From: a bacterium
GTDB taxonomy: Bacteria > UBA8248
Length of the DNA stretch: 64,000 nt
Reading direction: 5' to 3'
NCBI GenBank assembly: GCA_965207065.1
Contig: OZ242260.1
Span: forward strand, 256,001 to 320,000
Below are positions 1 to 10,385 of this stretch, one piece after another. How positions within the stretch are numbered: the first letter of the stretch is position 1; every line of letters starts with the position of its first letter. Position numbers and translations under genes: made by a program. The notes below the pieces were generated by a model. The model was not told where the DNA came from. It worked only from the letters and a program-made list of their open reading frames with translations, and did not search any database.

Positions 1-1
1 C

Positions 2-1093
2 GCCTATTTCATCGCTTTCCTCGTTTTTCAGGATATTTGCGAGGACGAAACCGCACGCAATCATATCTTGAAAGCCATCCTCTACGGCGGCGTCATCTTG
101 CTGACGGTGGTATTACTCCAGAATCTGGCCTATCAGGTCATATGGAAAACCTGGGGGCCGCACCAAATCTTCCGCGCCGATTTGTTGTATTCGCAATTCC
201 CCCGGATGTTCTTTGACTCCCGGCCCGGCCCGATCGGGCATCCGAATTTTCTCGCCGCCTACCTGATCCTGTGGACCACGCTCTATCCGCTGCTCTACCG
301 CACGTTCTTACGTCCGGCGGCGGTCGCCATCCTCGCTGCGCACCTCATCGCATTGGCGTTGACGGGTAGCTATGGAGGAGTCCTGGGCTTCGCCATTTGC
401 TGCTCGGTTGTTTTTTATTTAACGAACCCAAGCCCCACGAACATGACTTCCGGCCGCATCTCCTTCACCGACAGCCGTCTCCTCCGGCTTTTCCTGGCCG
501 CTTTCCTGATCCTGTCGATTGGCACCGTCGCGGTAAATGACGAAGACTTCATGGACCTCTCGCTGCTCCCCAGAATCTATATCTATCGCGTCGGCGGAAA
601 AATGCTCGCAGACCGCCCCCTGGCGGGCCATGGAAACGGCCTCTTCCCCCAGGCGTTTCAGAAAAGCGAGAGCGCTTACATAAACCACGAGGGACTGAAA
701 GCACCGTCCTGGCGAGTGAAGGATCACGATTCAGCGAGAGCGAGCAAGCCCCTGGGCCGGAAAAAGGAGCTCTCCACTCGCAGGGATGAATATCTCCCGC
801 CGCTTTCGGCCCATTCCTCTTATCTCAAAGCCTTCGTCGAATCGGGCTTTCCGGGAGGCTTTCTGTTCCTGTGCCTGATTGCCGGAGGACTCATCGAGGT
901 GTTTCTTCACTTGAGGAAAACGGGGCGGCTTTCGATGCGCTCACCCGAAGCCTGGGGGTGGGCCGCCTGCATCGGCGTATGTTTTCAGGCTGGAGCCGAG
1001 AACATCTTCTCGTCTCCCAAAATTTCCGTTCTCTACTGGGCCATCACGGCGTACTGCCTGACGGCGAAATCCTCACGATCGAAAAGCCCCTAA
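2..1093 (+). CDS. O-antigen ligase/Wzy_C-like membrane protein (5' partial)
   Basis: Frame is open from position 2. Multi-TM protein with GHPNFLAAYL, TGSYGG, R..IYR..G..MLADRPLAGHGNG and AHSSYLKAFVESG motifs typical of the O-antigen ligase family. Confidence 0.8.
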   Translation, partial: AYFIAFLVFQDICEDETARNHILKAILYGGVILLTVVLLQNLAYQVIWKTWGPHQIFRADLLYSQFPRMFFDSRPGPIGHPNFLAAYLILWTTLYPLLYRTFLRPAAVAILAAHLIALALTGSYGGVLGFAICCSVVFYLTNPSPTNMTSGRISFTDSRLLRLFLAAFLILSIGTVAVNDEDFMDLSLLPRIYIYRVGGKMLADRPLAGHGNGLFPQAFQKSESAYINHEGLKAPSWRVKDHDSARASKPLGRKKELSTRRDEYLPPLSAHSSYLKAFVESGFPGGFLFLCLIAGGLIEVFLHLRKTGRLSMRSPEAWGWAACIGVCFQAGAENIFSSPKISVLYWAITAYCLTAKSSRSKSP

Positions 1094-2492
1094 AAGGACC
1101 TGCCAGAACTTCACGATACAGACAGCGGACGAAATGGAGCAGGATGGCGAACAGCCAGTAGGGGTAAAAATGGGCCGTGGTAGAAACGGCTAAAAACAAG
1201 GCAGCGACAGTGGAGAAGATGACGGCGAAAGGCATCACGAGGCAGAGTGAACCCTTATGCGGCGGCAATCGCATGATTCTGAAAAAATACCTCGCGCCAG
1301 TGATGAGCATGACTATTACCAGGACGAGTCCCAGCAATCCCAAATCCACGACAAAATTCATCGGCAGGCTGTGGAGCGAAACCGGTGCGCTCTTTCTCGG
1401 GTTTTCCTGAAACAAATCCGAAGTCGACCACCCCCGGATACCCGATTCATACCGGGTGATGTCGCCATAAAAGTACCCGGAGAACGTGGCCGGCGTATCT
1501 TTGGAGTACCCATACAAAAATCCCTGCCGCGGCCCGCCCCCCAGGAAGGGCCGCGCAATAAACACGTCCGCCACCCGCGCGTACTGAAAGAGCCGCTCCT
1601 TGACGCTCATCGAGAGATTCGATGCCTCAACGAACTCTCCCCGCACCCAAGTCCCCACCATCACGGAGACGCCGATGCACGCGAGGAAAACCGATACCGT
1701 GAGACAAGAAACGAAAAAAGACTTCATCTTCCCCTTCACGTCCGGGCGTCTTCTGAACTTCATGAAAAAGAGAATTAAAAGGAATGCGCCCAGGAAGAGC
1801 ATGAAAATCGGAACTCTGCGCCATGTAGAAAACACCAGTAGAATTCCGGCAAGCGACGCGAACAGATAGAACCAGCCGCCTCTTCTCCAGAAGAAATAAA
1901 AGGCGACTCCCGCCAGTATCAGCCCGAGCCTGCTGGCGACGATGTGGTGCCGGACGAACATGCCGAGAAAAAACCGTCCCTCATGATTGAGCGAATACGG
2001 ATTGGGGATGCGGAAATAATAGAAGAGAATGCTCTCGACACCCATCGCCAAGGCGACCCAGAACACACACCTGAGCGCGCCCTCGGACTCCTCTCTCCTC
2101 CACCGGTTGTTATGAACCAGATACCATACGAGCATGCCGTCGGCGTAGGGCACGGCGCCGGCCAGAATCCGGTAGAGGGGCACGGACGTCATTATGGGGT
2201 CATCCTGCATGTAGCCGAGGGAAATCCCCGCCCAGAAAATCACCCAGAACCAAACAGTGGTTACGGCGAACCAAAACGTGGGTTTTCGAGCACCGTACCG
2301 AATGACCTCTACCGCCCATGCGCCGCACAGCAACACAAAAAGGAGCACGTAGACCTTATAAGGACCCACGAATTGACCCGGGAAGTAGGGAACGCGTTCC
2401 CACGGGATGAGAAAATATACCGCATGCAGACGAATGACCGAGTTGGTGAGTTGATGAGAAGAGGGGTTTGACGCCGCGCGCTCCACGCTCAA
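1044..2492 (-). CDS. O-antigen ligase/polymerase-like membrane protein
   Basis: Many TM helices with ERL..Y......F..RPFLGGG and LHSLPMNFVVDLGLLG motifs. Overlaps the convergent gene by 50 bp. Confidence 0.7.
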   Translation of the reverse strand: MSVERAASNPSSHQLTNSVIRLHAVYFLIPWERVPYFPGQFVGPYKVYVLLFVLLCGAWAVEVIRYGARKPTFWFAVTTVWFWVIFWAGISLGYMQDDPIMTSVPLYRILAGAVPYADGMLVWYLVHNNRWRREESEGALRCVFWVALAMGVESILFYYFRIPNPYSLNHEGRFFLGMFVRHHIVASRLGLILAGVAFYFFWRRGGWFYLFASLAGILLVFSTWRRVPIFMLFLGAFLLILFFMKFRRRPDVKGKMKSFFVSCLTVSVFLACIGVSVMVGTWVRGEFVEASNLSMSVKERLFQYARVADVFIARPFLGGGPRQGFLYGYSKDTPATFSGYFYGDITRYESGIRGWSTSDLFQENPRKSAPVSLHSLPMNFVVDLGLLGLVLVIVMLITGARYFFRIMRLPPHKGSLCLVMPFAVIFSTVAALFLAVSTTAHFYPYWLFAILLHFVRCLYREVLAGPFRGFSIVRISPSGSTP

Positions 2493-2498
2493 GGAAAA

Positions 2499-3320
2499 CT
2501 ACTCCCGCGCGCCCGGCCGTCTGGAAAAATAGCCTCTCTTCACCCACATGCGCACCTTGTGCGGCAACATGCGATACGCAAACCATAGCGGCAAAAGCGC
2601 ATGATATACGAGTCCACCCCCCAGGGCGCGAATCGCTCTTCTTTGCAGCACAACACCATCGAACACATAGCGAAGCCTGGCGCCACGTTCGAAGAATTGT
2701 CTCGCATGGATTCTTTTCGCCGCCACGGGCGCCTTCAAGGAACCGAGTCTCAACCCGTTTTCATATAATCGGACGTACAGGTCCCAATCGAGTTGGCTGG
2801 CGCGGCTCTCGTCGTAGCCTCGAATCTTCTCCATCACATCTCTTCTCACAAACAACGACGTGTGAACCACGGGATTAAAAAGCATGAGTTTTTTCCTCAC
2901 GTCGTTCAGCGAAGTCCTGGCCTTTTCCAGTTCGAATCCGGGCCAATGGGGAACATCTTCGGCATAAAAAGCGTACAGGGGAGATACGACCGCGGAATAA
3001 CCGGGGAAACGCCGCATCGCCGCTTTTTGAATTTCAAATCTCCTAGGATGTGACAAATCGTCGGCGTCATGGCGGGCGATAAATTCACCTCTGCTCTCGC
3101 GCACCCCGAGGTTGAGTGCTCTTGCAAGTCCGATTCTTCCCGCCTCTATGAGGCGAATTCGGGAATCGCAAAATTGCTTGACGATGCGAATCGTATCGTC
3201 CGTGGAACCATCGTCGATAATGATGCACTCAAAATCAGGATCCGTCTGCGCGAGTATGCTCTTCACAGCGTCGACGATGTAGTCCTGTGCGTTGTAAGAC
3301 GTCATCAAAACGCTTATCAC
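2499..3320 (-). CDS. Glycosyltransferase family 2
   Basis: ISVLMTSYN, IIDDGSTD and RHDADD (DxD) motifs. Confidence 0.92.
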   Translation of the reverse strand: MISVLMTSYNAQDYIVDAVKSILAQTDPDFECIIIDDGSTDDTIRIVKQFCDSRIRLIEAGRIGLARALNLGVRESRGEFIARHDADDLSHPRRFEIQKAAMRRFPGYSAVVSPLYAFYAEDVPHWPGFELEKARTSLNDVRKKLMLFNPVVHTSLFVRRDVMEKIRGYDESRASQLDWDLYVRLYENGLRLGSLKAPVAAKRIHARQFFERGARLRYVFDGVVLQRRAIRALGGGLVYHALLPLWFAYRMLPHKVRMWVKRGYFSRRPGARE

Positions 3321-3341
3321 TTCGAATTCCTCTCTCCTGCA

Positions 3342-5267
3342 TCAAGTGTCCGCCGAGTGTCGGGCGTCCAGCATCTCCCGAAACCAAAGCTCCAAAACAG
3401 ACAGAAACCAGATAAGAGGGTAGGCGGACCTCCCTTCCAGGAAACGGGCGTACAGCCTGCGCACCTCTTTGGGCGAGAAAATCCCTCTTCGTCGAAGCGA
3501 CTCCTCACTCAGCGCGTCTTCGAGGATTTCTCGCAATTCCCCCCTCATCCAATTCGCCATCGGAAGGGCGAAGCCCTGCTTTTTTCTGCCTGAAATCCCA
3601 GCGGGAATTACGTCGCGAAGTGAAGCCTCGAGCAATCTCTTCGGGTGCCCCCATCTTCTCTCCCAGCCAGGCGGCAGGCCACAGACGAATTCCACGACAT
3701 GATGATCGACGAACGGCACCCGCACTTCCAGGGAATGAGCCATGCTCATCGTGTCGGTATCCCGCAAGGTTCTCCATCCCATATACACCTGCATTTCGAG
3801 TTCGCTCAGAACGCTCCAGGGTCTCTCGCCGACACGGACCAACGACTCGAGCATCGCCAAAATTTTTGTATCCACTTTGCGCTCGCGAAAGTAGGCCTGA
3901 AGTTGTGGGGTATACAAAGCCCTTTTCTCCTCGGGCCACAACAAAAAACGCGCCAGGGCGTACAATCCCAGCGGCGATTTCACCCATTGCAGCCGAAGAA
4001 ATTTTTCGATGCGCTCTGGAGGCATATTCGGGCTGCGTTGGAGCATCAGCGAGACAAGAGTCACGAGGGTTTTTCTCGCCTTCAAAGGCAACTTTCCCCA
4101 CGTGGTCGAAATTCGCCAACAAGGCGGTATCAGACGAAAAGAGTCGTAGCCGCCGAAAAGCTCATCCGCGCCGAGACCGGACAAAGCGACGGTAACGCCA
4201 TTTTGCTTGGCTATCTGAGATACGAGATAGGTATTGACTCCATCAAAGCTGGGCTGATCCAGGTGCCGTATAATCCGGGGAAGTTCCTCCACTAATTTCG
4301 AGCCTTTCAGCACGAATTCGGTGTGGTGCGTTGAGAAGGATTGGGCGGCCGTTCTCGCATGTCGCCTCTCGTCGTACACTTCCGGAGCGTCATCGAAACC
4401 GACCGAATAGGTTCTTACGGGTTTGTCCGACTGATGCGACATCAATCCCGCAATCGCCGAAGAATCCAGGCCGCCACTTAAAAAAACCCCCAGGGGGACA
4501 TCGCTTATCATGTGGAGTTCGACGCTTTCCTCTAGCAGACTTCGCAGACGGGGGACTATTTCCTTCTCGGCGCATCGCGTCGCTCCGGCCATCGGCATAT
4601 CCCACCATCGCTCGATGGATGCCTCCCTCTCCGTGATGTGCAACCGGTGTCCCGGCGGCAAAGCCTTTACGCCTTTCAATAGCGTGCGTGGGCCGGGAAC
4701 ATAGCCCAGAGAAAGGCTGAGGTCGAGAGAATGCAGGTCCAGTTCGGGGCGAATAACGCCGCTTCTCACCAACGCCCCCAACTCCGAGGCGAACGCCCAT
4801 CCACCCGCAATCGGCGCGTAATACAAAGGCTTGACGCCAAGCCGGTCGCGGGTCAAAAGCAAGACCCTTCGACCGGCGTCCACGATGGCGAATGCGAACA
4901 TGCCTCTCAAAAAACGGGCGCACTCATCTCCTTCTTCCTCGTAAAGGCGCAGAAGAACCTCCGTGTCGGAGCGCGATCTGAAAGCGTGGCCACCACCCGC
5001 CAGAGCTTCCCTCAACCGTCTGAAATTATAGATTTCACCGTTCAATGCGACGCAGATCCTCCCATCTTTGCTGGTCATAGGCTGTTTCGCCGCTGAACTC
5101 GGATCGATGACGCTCAGACGTCTCACACCGATGCAGGTCGTACCGAAACGCCAAAACCCCGCATCGTCGGGTCCGCGATGCGTCATCGCACCACACATCC
5201 TCGCAACCCCCTCTTCTATCGAAGATAAAGAGAGTTCGGTCGAAGTAATCCCACAGATTCCGCACAT
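3342..5267 (-). CDS. asnB: Asparagine synthase (glutamine-hydrolysing) family amidotransferase
   Basis: Start placed at MCGICG (ATG 5267, Ntn Cys2). Has HRGPDD, NGEIYN, SDTEV, RDRLGVKPLY, LSGGLDSS and SLEVRVPF motifs. Context suggests polysaccharide amidation. Confidence 0.9.
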   Translation of the reverse strand: MCGICGITSTELSLSSIEEGVARMCGAMTHRGPDDAGFWRFGTTCIGVRRLSVIDPSSAAKQPMTSKDGRICVALNGEIYNFRRLREALAGGGHAFRSRSDTEVLLRLYEEEGDECARFLRGMFAFAIVDAGRRVLLLTRDRLGVKPLYYAPIAGGWAFASELGALVRSGVIRPELDLHSLDLSLSLGYVPGPRTLLKGVKALPPGHRLHITEREASIERWWDMPMAGATRCAEKEIVPRLRSLLEESVELHMISDVPLGVFLSGGLDSSAIAGLMSHQSDKPVRTYSVGFDDAPEVYDERRHARTAAQSFSTHHTEFVLKGSKLVEELPRIIRHLDQPSFDGVNTYLVSQIAKQNGVTVALSGLGADELFGGYDSFRLIPPCWRISTTWGKLPLKARKTLVTLVSLMLQRSPNMPPERIEKFLRLQWVKSPLGLYALARFLLWPEEKRALYTPQLQAYFRERKVDTKILAMLESLVRVGERPWSVLSELEMQVYMGWRTLRDTDTMSMAHSLEVRVPFVDHHVVEFVCGLPPGWERRWGHPKRLLEASLRDVIPAGISGRKKQGFALPMANWMRGELREILEDALSEESLRRRGIFSPKEVRRLYARFLEGRSAYPLIWFLSVLELWFREMLDARHSADT

Positions 5268-5382
5268 ATTTCTCACCAAGCCATCTTTTTGCCGTTTAAT
5301 AACAACCATCTCGCCAATGTAGCGGCGAGAGACCTCGAACCCGACGAGAACCGGTGCGGCCGGGACATTTCGTTCAGCCGCT

Positions 5383-7146
5383 TTAAGACTGTAGTTCCAC
5401 AAATTTTTTATATAGGCCTTGCATCCGCATGAGAGCGGGATGGTCACCTTCCTCGACGATTCTCCCGCCCTCCAGAACCAGAATCTTGTCCGCATCCCTG
5501 ATCGTGGAAAGGCGGTGAGCGACTATCAGAATGGTCATTCGCCCCCCGAGATTCCCTGCGGCCTCCTGGATAAGACGCTCAAACCCGCTATCGAGCGAAC
5601 TCGTCGCTTCGTCCAGAACCAGTATGCGTGGAGAGCGAACCAGTGCTCTTGCGAGGGCGAGTCGCTGTTTCTGTCCCCCGGACAATTTGAACCCCCGGTT
5701 TCCGATTATCGTCCCGTATCCCTCGGGCAACCCAATGATGAATTCATGGGCATAGGCGATCTCCGCCGCCTTTTGTACCTGCGCTTCATCCACACTCAAG
5801 TTTCCATAGCGTATGTTGTTGTGAATCGTGTCGTTAAAGAGATAGGGATCCTGTTCCACCACCCCGATCCGGCTTCGCCATTCTTTTGCGGACACCTGTC
5901 TCAAATCCACGTCATCGACAAGAATGACGCCTTGCGCCGGATCGTGAAGACGCAAGAACAGATTGACGAAGGTCGTCTTCCCGCTTCCCGAGGAACCAAC
6001 GATCGCCGTCGTCGCATCCTTTTCGATCGATGCGTTTATTCCGCTCAGTGCATCGCCCTGCGCGCCCGGATAGGCGAAAGAAACGTTTTCGAACCGGACA
6101 CCCTTTCTCAGGGAACCGAAGGAGATGGTCCCTTCTGGCAACAATTCCTGACATTCACCTTCTGTGTATTCGAGAACCCTCGCCAAATGGGGGGCGAATT
6201 CGCTCACGATGAGCCAATAGTTGCCTATCAGCTTGAGCTTGGGGAGTACCTGCAAGAAGATCGCCAAAAACACCGTGAGGGTGAAAAAGGGAATATTCAG
6301 AAATTTGACAGAAACAACCAGACAGAAAACCATCATGAGGAAAATCAACGGTTCGTAGAAGAACGACGCGACGATTCTGTTGTCCATGATCCGGACCGAC
6401 ACCCGGCGATATTCGCTCGCTCGCATCGTGTAATTTTCGATGTGGTGTTCGAGGTTTCCGAACACCTTCACCGTCTTGATTCCCGAGAAAACATCGAGAA
6501 GATAGGAACTGACGTTTTCCACCCCTTGAGATTCTTTCTCTCCTTGCGCATAGGCCCTTCGAAACCAGGGGAGCAGAAAAATCCAGGAGATTGACGTAAG
6601 GCAGAGGACCAGAACACTCAGCGAAACAGAAACCATCAGATTCAGAATCAGATACAAGATACAGAAGAAAACGGCGTTCGTGATGAGCATTGCGTGTTCG
6701 AAAACGAAACCGCAATTATTCGCAGAGGTGAATTGAACGGCGAGGAGGTCACCGACTTTTTTCCGGTAGAAAAACGAGAGTGGGAGCCCCAGGAGGTTCC
6801 GGAAGATTTTTTCTCTCATGTCGCATGAGATTCTCGCGCTCAGCATCCGTGCAAAGCGCATAGAGAGCGCAACAAGAGAATATTTGACCAGCATGGCGAA
6901 CGTGAACAAAGCGACGAGATTGATTAGTGAAAACTCCAGGCCGACGACGCCGAATCCCCATTCTGTGTACGCCGTGAGGACGTGGTTCGTTTCGATGCCC
7001 TGAATCGTCTGGAATATGGGCATCAACAGACCCAGGCCGACGCTTTCAAACATCGTCGCCAAAATGAGGATGACCAGATACAAGAACAGGAAATCCTTGT
7101 ATTCCTGTGCGACGGCGAAGATATTCCTTTGCTTATCGTTCCACAT
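5383..7146 (-). CDS. ABC exporter, fused permease/ATPase (MsbA/PglK-like)
   Basis: N-terminal TMD, Walker A GSSGSGKT, signature LSGGQKQR, Walker B ILVLDEATS. Start taken at ATG 7146. Confidence 0.9.
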   Translation of the reverse strand: MWNDKQRNIFAVAQEYKDFLFLYLVILILATMFESVGLGLLMPIFQTIQGIETNHVLTAYTEWGFGVVGLEFSLINLVALFTFAMLVKYSLVALSMRFARMLSARISCDMREKIFRNLLGLPLSFFYRKKVGDLLAVQFTSANNCGFVFEHAMLITNAVFFCILYLILNLMVSVSLSVLVLCLTSISWIFLLPWFRRAYAQGEKESQGVENVSSYLLDVFSGIKTVKVFGNLEHHIENYTMRASEYRRVSVRIMDNRIVASFFYEPLIFLMMVFCLVVSVKFLNIPFFTLTVFLAIFLQVLPKLKLIGNYWLIVSEFAPHLARVLEYTEGECQELLPEGTISFGSLRKGVRFENVSFAYPGAQGDALSGINASIEKDATTAIVGSSGSGKTTFVNLFLRLHDPAQGVILVDDVDLRQVSAKEWRSRIGVVEQDPYLFNDTIHNNIRYGNLSVDEAQVQKAAEIAYAHEFIIGLPEGYGTIIGNRGFKLSGGQKQRLALARALVRSPRILVLDEATSSLDSGFERLIQEAAGNLGGRMTILIVAHRLSTIRDADKILVLEGGRIVEEGDHPALMRMQGLYKKFVELQS

Positions 7147-7346
7147 GAGGCTTCTTCTCTGAAGCCGGAAATTGCCCGAAAACAAAACGATTGCATTGGA
7201 CCGAAAACCCCGGGCGCATCGAGAAAATCACTCAATGTGCTCCAGAAGTTATGGCATGCGTTTCATCGTCACTCGTTCGCGGGCCGGGTCGATATCTCCG
7301 GAACCATTGCCTCGTGGTGGGTCTTTTCTATCTCGTGGAGTGGCGT

Positions 7347-8753
7347 TCATGAAGTTTGAACATCGGCAATATTATCAGACGGAGCCGTTTGCATCCACTC
7401 GGCCGCAATCTTCTCAGCCAACCAGAACTCATATTCGGAATCGATTCTCACGCTTTCCTCCGGAAGCATCGTGATGTGCCCTATTCTTTCTCCCAGGAAT
7501 TTCCCGGCCAGAATTGTATCCACCCGGTTCAGGTATATCGCGCCGTTATCCTTGAACAACGCTTTTCTCTCCAGACGCAGCGTTCTCTGTAGAGAGCCGT
7601 TGACGGGGGTGAGTCCGTGTTTACCGTGATGATAGTAAAACGAAAAATCCTCGGTTATGGATATCACGGAATCGACATTGAAAATCGTCATGGTGTCCAC
7701 AGCCTTGTCTATGTGTGCGCCCCCGCGAAGAGGAGTGTTGACGCAACAAACACATACGGCGTCGGGGATATAACCCCGCTCCTCCAGCGTCTTCAGAACA
7801 TGAAGTGACGTATCCTCCATCCTCACGGCCCATTTCGCCGGCGCTTGGGGCATGAGGAGTACGTCCACTCCCTTAAAACGATTCGCATAAGCCAACACGT
7901 CTTCATCGTTCGAGGAAACGACTGCCTTGTCGATGGAGCGCGCTTCCATGATTTGCTCCAGCGTCCGTTCCAGCAGCGATTTTCCCATGAACTGTCGGAA
8001 AGGATCTCCGAATGCGAATCCCCAATCCAAGAATGCGGGAACGAGAGCCAGCACTTTCGGTATGCGGGAGAGGTTCATCTCCTCCACCACTCGCCTTTTA
8101 ATTTTGCGGCGCGTCTCCAGAATCAGACCGCGGGATTTAGACAAGCTCGCTTCGTGGCGACGATAATAGAACAGGGGCACATTCACGTTGTAAGGCCGAT
8201 GTCGCTCAATGAATTTCAGCCACATGCCATAACCATCCTGGCAACTGAACTCCTCGAAATAACCGCCAATTTCCCACAGGACTTGCTTGCGGATCATGGT
8301 GCATGCGCCATGGGCCGGAAGATCCAGCAAATCAACTTCTTCTCCTATTTTCTGGCGACGGATGATTTCTGTGATCTCTCCATCCTCGTTCACTAGAAAA
8401 TAATCCGGGTACACCAGATCCACGTCGGGCTTCATGTCCAGAACTTGGGAGAGAACCAATAGGATGTTCTCATCCAGGAAATCATCCGCATCCAGCCGCA
8501 TGAAGTATTCGCCTTTAGCGATGCGCAAGGCCATGTTGTTTGTGAAATTAAGACCCCTGTTCTCTTGCTTGAGAATGCGAATCTTGGGATGCATTCTGTA
8601 GGATGCGAGAATTTGTGTGGTGTCGTCCGTCGAACCGTCGTCGATGACGATCAACTCCCAGTCGTCCATTGTTTGTTTCAACACGCTTTGGAGCGCGGCA
8701 TTGAGAAAACGCCCGTAGTTGTAGGCGGGGATATACACCGTGACCTTAGGCAT
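7347..8753 (-). CDS. GT2 glycosyltransferase fused to a C-terminal acylneuraminate cytidylyltransferase-like domain
   Basis: N-half has IPAYN, DDGSTD and RLDADD. C-half has NTPLR, VDSVISI, NGAIY and IDSEYEFWLAE, which are NeuA/CMAS-like. Confidence 0.85.
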   Translation of the reverse strand: MPKVTVYIPAYNYGRFLNAALQSVLKQTMDDWELIVIDDGSTDDTTQILASYRMHPKIRILKQENRGLNFTNNMALRIAKGEYFMRLDADDFLDENILLVLSQVLDMKPDVDLVYPDYFLVNEDGEITEIIRRQKIGEEVDLLDLPAHGACTMIRKQVLWEIGGYFEEFSCQDGYGMWLKFIERHRPYNVNVPLFYYRRHEASLSKSRGLILETRRKIKRRVVEEMNLSRIPKVLALVPAFLDWGFAFGDPFRQFMGKSLLERTLEQIMEARSIDKAVVSSNDEDVLAYANRFKGVDVLLMPQAPAKWAVRMEDTSLHVLKTLEERGYIPDAVCVCCVNTPLRGGAHIDKAVDTMTIFNVDSVISITEDFSFYYHHGKHGLTPVNGSLQRTLRLERKALFKDNGAIYLNRVDTILAGKFLGERIGHITMLPEESVRIDSEYEFWLAEKIAAEWMQTAPSDNIADVQTS

Positions 8754-8792
8754 GACGATTCAACCCGGATGCCAGGAATACTGACTCCATGA

Positions 8793-10385
8793 TCACTCCA
8801 CCATGTCCATCAAGAGAGCCTGATCCGCCTGGATGTCCGTTTTCGCTCTTTTCCCGATAAATTCATCCATCATCCAGCCGGGAAGTCCCTCAGCGGGACG
8901 TTTCATGCCCAGCATTGAGGATTCAATGGTCTCTCCGCGCCGTATATCCCGTTCTGCAACGATGCTGCGTCGCGCGCTGTTTCGCGCAGAAATTTCCGAC
9001 TCGGCGACTCCGAGCGCGCCGTCGCCCAATACGCTTTCGGCAAGACGAACGTTTTGCACCATCTTTTTCAAATCTTCCGGGTTCATCGAAAAGGAATGTC
9101 CCGAACCGCTCAGGCTTCGGTCCAACGTGTAGTGTTTTTCGATGACCCTTGCGCCCAGCGCAACGCCAAGGGCGGGTATGGCCATTTGTTCATCCGGCTC
9201 CGTATGGTCCGAGAGGCCGACGATGAGGCTGGGATATCTTTCCTTCAAAGTATGGATTCGAAGGAGGTTCGCGTCTTCGTTCTCGGCCGGATAACTCAAG
9301 GTGCAGGCCATGAGGATGAGTTGGCGATTGCCTGTAGCGAAAAAGGTGGCGATAGCCCGCTCAATCTCCTCCACCGTAGAACCGCCGGTCGAAAGAATGA
9401 CGGGCTTGCCGAAACCGGCCACGCACTTGAGCAAGCGGCTGTCGGGAAGATCGCAGGAGGCAATTTTGAAGAGCGGCGCGCCCAAATCATTCAGCATCTC
9501 GGCGCTTTCGAGGTCGAACGGCGTGGAGAACGTGATAACACCCTTCTCACGGCCATGTGTGAAAAGCGCTTCATATTCGGGCTTGCCGAAGCGATCAAGT
9601 TTCCGATAATACTCGATTTGCAGGATCCGCTTTCCCCGCCAGTAGGTCATCGCCCCTTTGCGCGTCAGCCGTTCGGCCTTGTAGGTCTGGAACTTGACCG
9701 CATCCACCCCGGCATCGGCAGCGAGATCGATCATCTCTTTGGCAAGCCCCAGGTCACACATGTGGTTGCAGGCACCTTCGGCAATCAGAAAGGCGGAATG
9801 TCCCGCGCCTATCATTTTGCCTCCGACGGTGATTTCCTTTGAATATGCACTCATCTCCTGTTCCGCCATGGCGAAGTCGAATGCAGTGTGGATGTTGATA
9901 CAATCATCTCGAACGATGGAAGATTGAAGAGGCGGATCCGCCATCAACCCTCTTAAGCTCATGATGCGAAGCGCTCCGTTCCGCTTGCCATGGCGGTCCA
10001 CAGTGCGCAAATCGTCGATCCCGTAGTCTTTGACATATCTGACGAGGGCGTCCAGATCGCTTTTTCTGTTCGGATGATCCGGCTGAATTCCGACGAGGAA
10101 AGAAATTTTCTCACGGCTCAATTTCTCTGCGACGTCCCGGTAGACTTCGAGCAAGGGCGTTTCACCACCCAGCTCTTGGCCACGTAGATGAACCATCGCG
10201 CCGTTTCGTACAGCAATTTCGGCGACCTCCTCCGTATCGGTGGAGACGACGATCTTGTCCACGCTTTTGAATCTTCGTGCGTACCGAATCGCATGCGCCA
10301 CCAAAGGTAATCCGTCGATAACCAACAAATTTTTACCCGCCAGACGACCCGAATGCCGCTTGGCCGGTATGACGGCGACGATCAC
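8793..10385 (-). CDS. Cytidylyltransferase (NeuA-like) fused to an N-acylneuraminate synthase (NeuB family) with SAF domain
   Basis: N-term IPAKRHSGRLAGKN and VVSTD. NeuB motifs IAEGACNH, VKFQTY, STPFD, KIASCD, GLSDHT and IEKHYTLD. C-term KRPAEG (SAF/AFP-like). Confidence 0.88.
   Translation of the reverse strand: MIVAVIPAKRHSGRLAGKNLLVIDGLPLVAHAIRYARRFKSVDKIVVSTDTEEVAEIAVRNGAMVHLRGQELGGETPLLEVYRDVAEKLSREKISFLVGIQPDHPNRKSDLDALVRYVKDYGIDDLRTVDRHGKRNGALRIMSLRGLMADPPLQSSIVRDDCINIHTAFDFAMAEQEMSAYSKEITVGGKMIGAGHSAFLIAEGACNHMCDLGLAKEMIDLAADAGVDAVKFQTYKAERLTRKGAMTYWRGKRILQIEYYRKLDRFGKPEYEALFTHGREKGVITFSTPFDLESAEMLNDLGAPLFKIASCDLPDSRLLKCVAGFGKPVILSTGGSTVEEIERAIATFFATGNRQLILMACTLSYPAENEDANLLRIHTLKERYPSLIVGLSDHTEPDEQMAIPALGVALGARVIEKHYTLDRSLSGSGHSFSMNPEDLKKMVQNVRLAESVLGDGALGVAESEISARNSARRSIVAERDIRRGETIESSMLGMKRPAEGLPGWMMDEFIGKRAKTDIQADQALLMDMVE

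Noticed and set aside
5268-5495. N-terminal extension of AsnB
   Set aside because: Overlaps the ABC gene, and Ntn amidotransferases need Cys at the N-terminus (MCGI).
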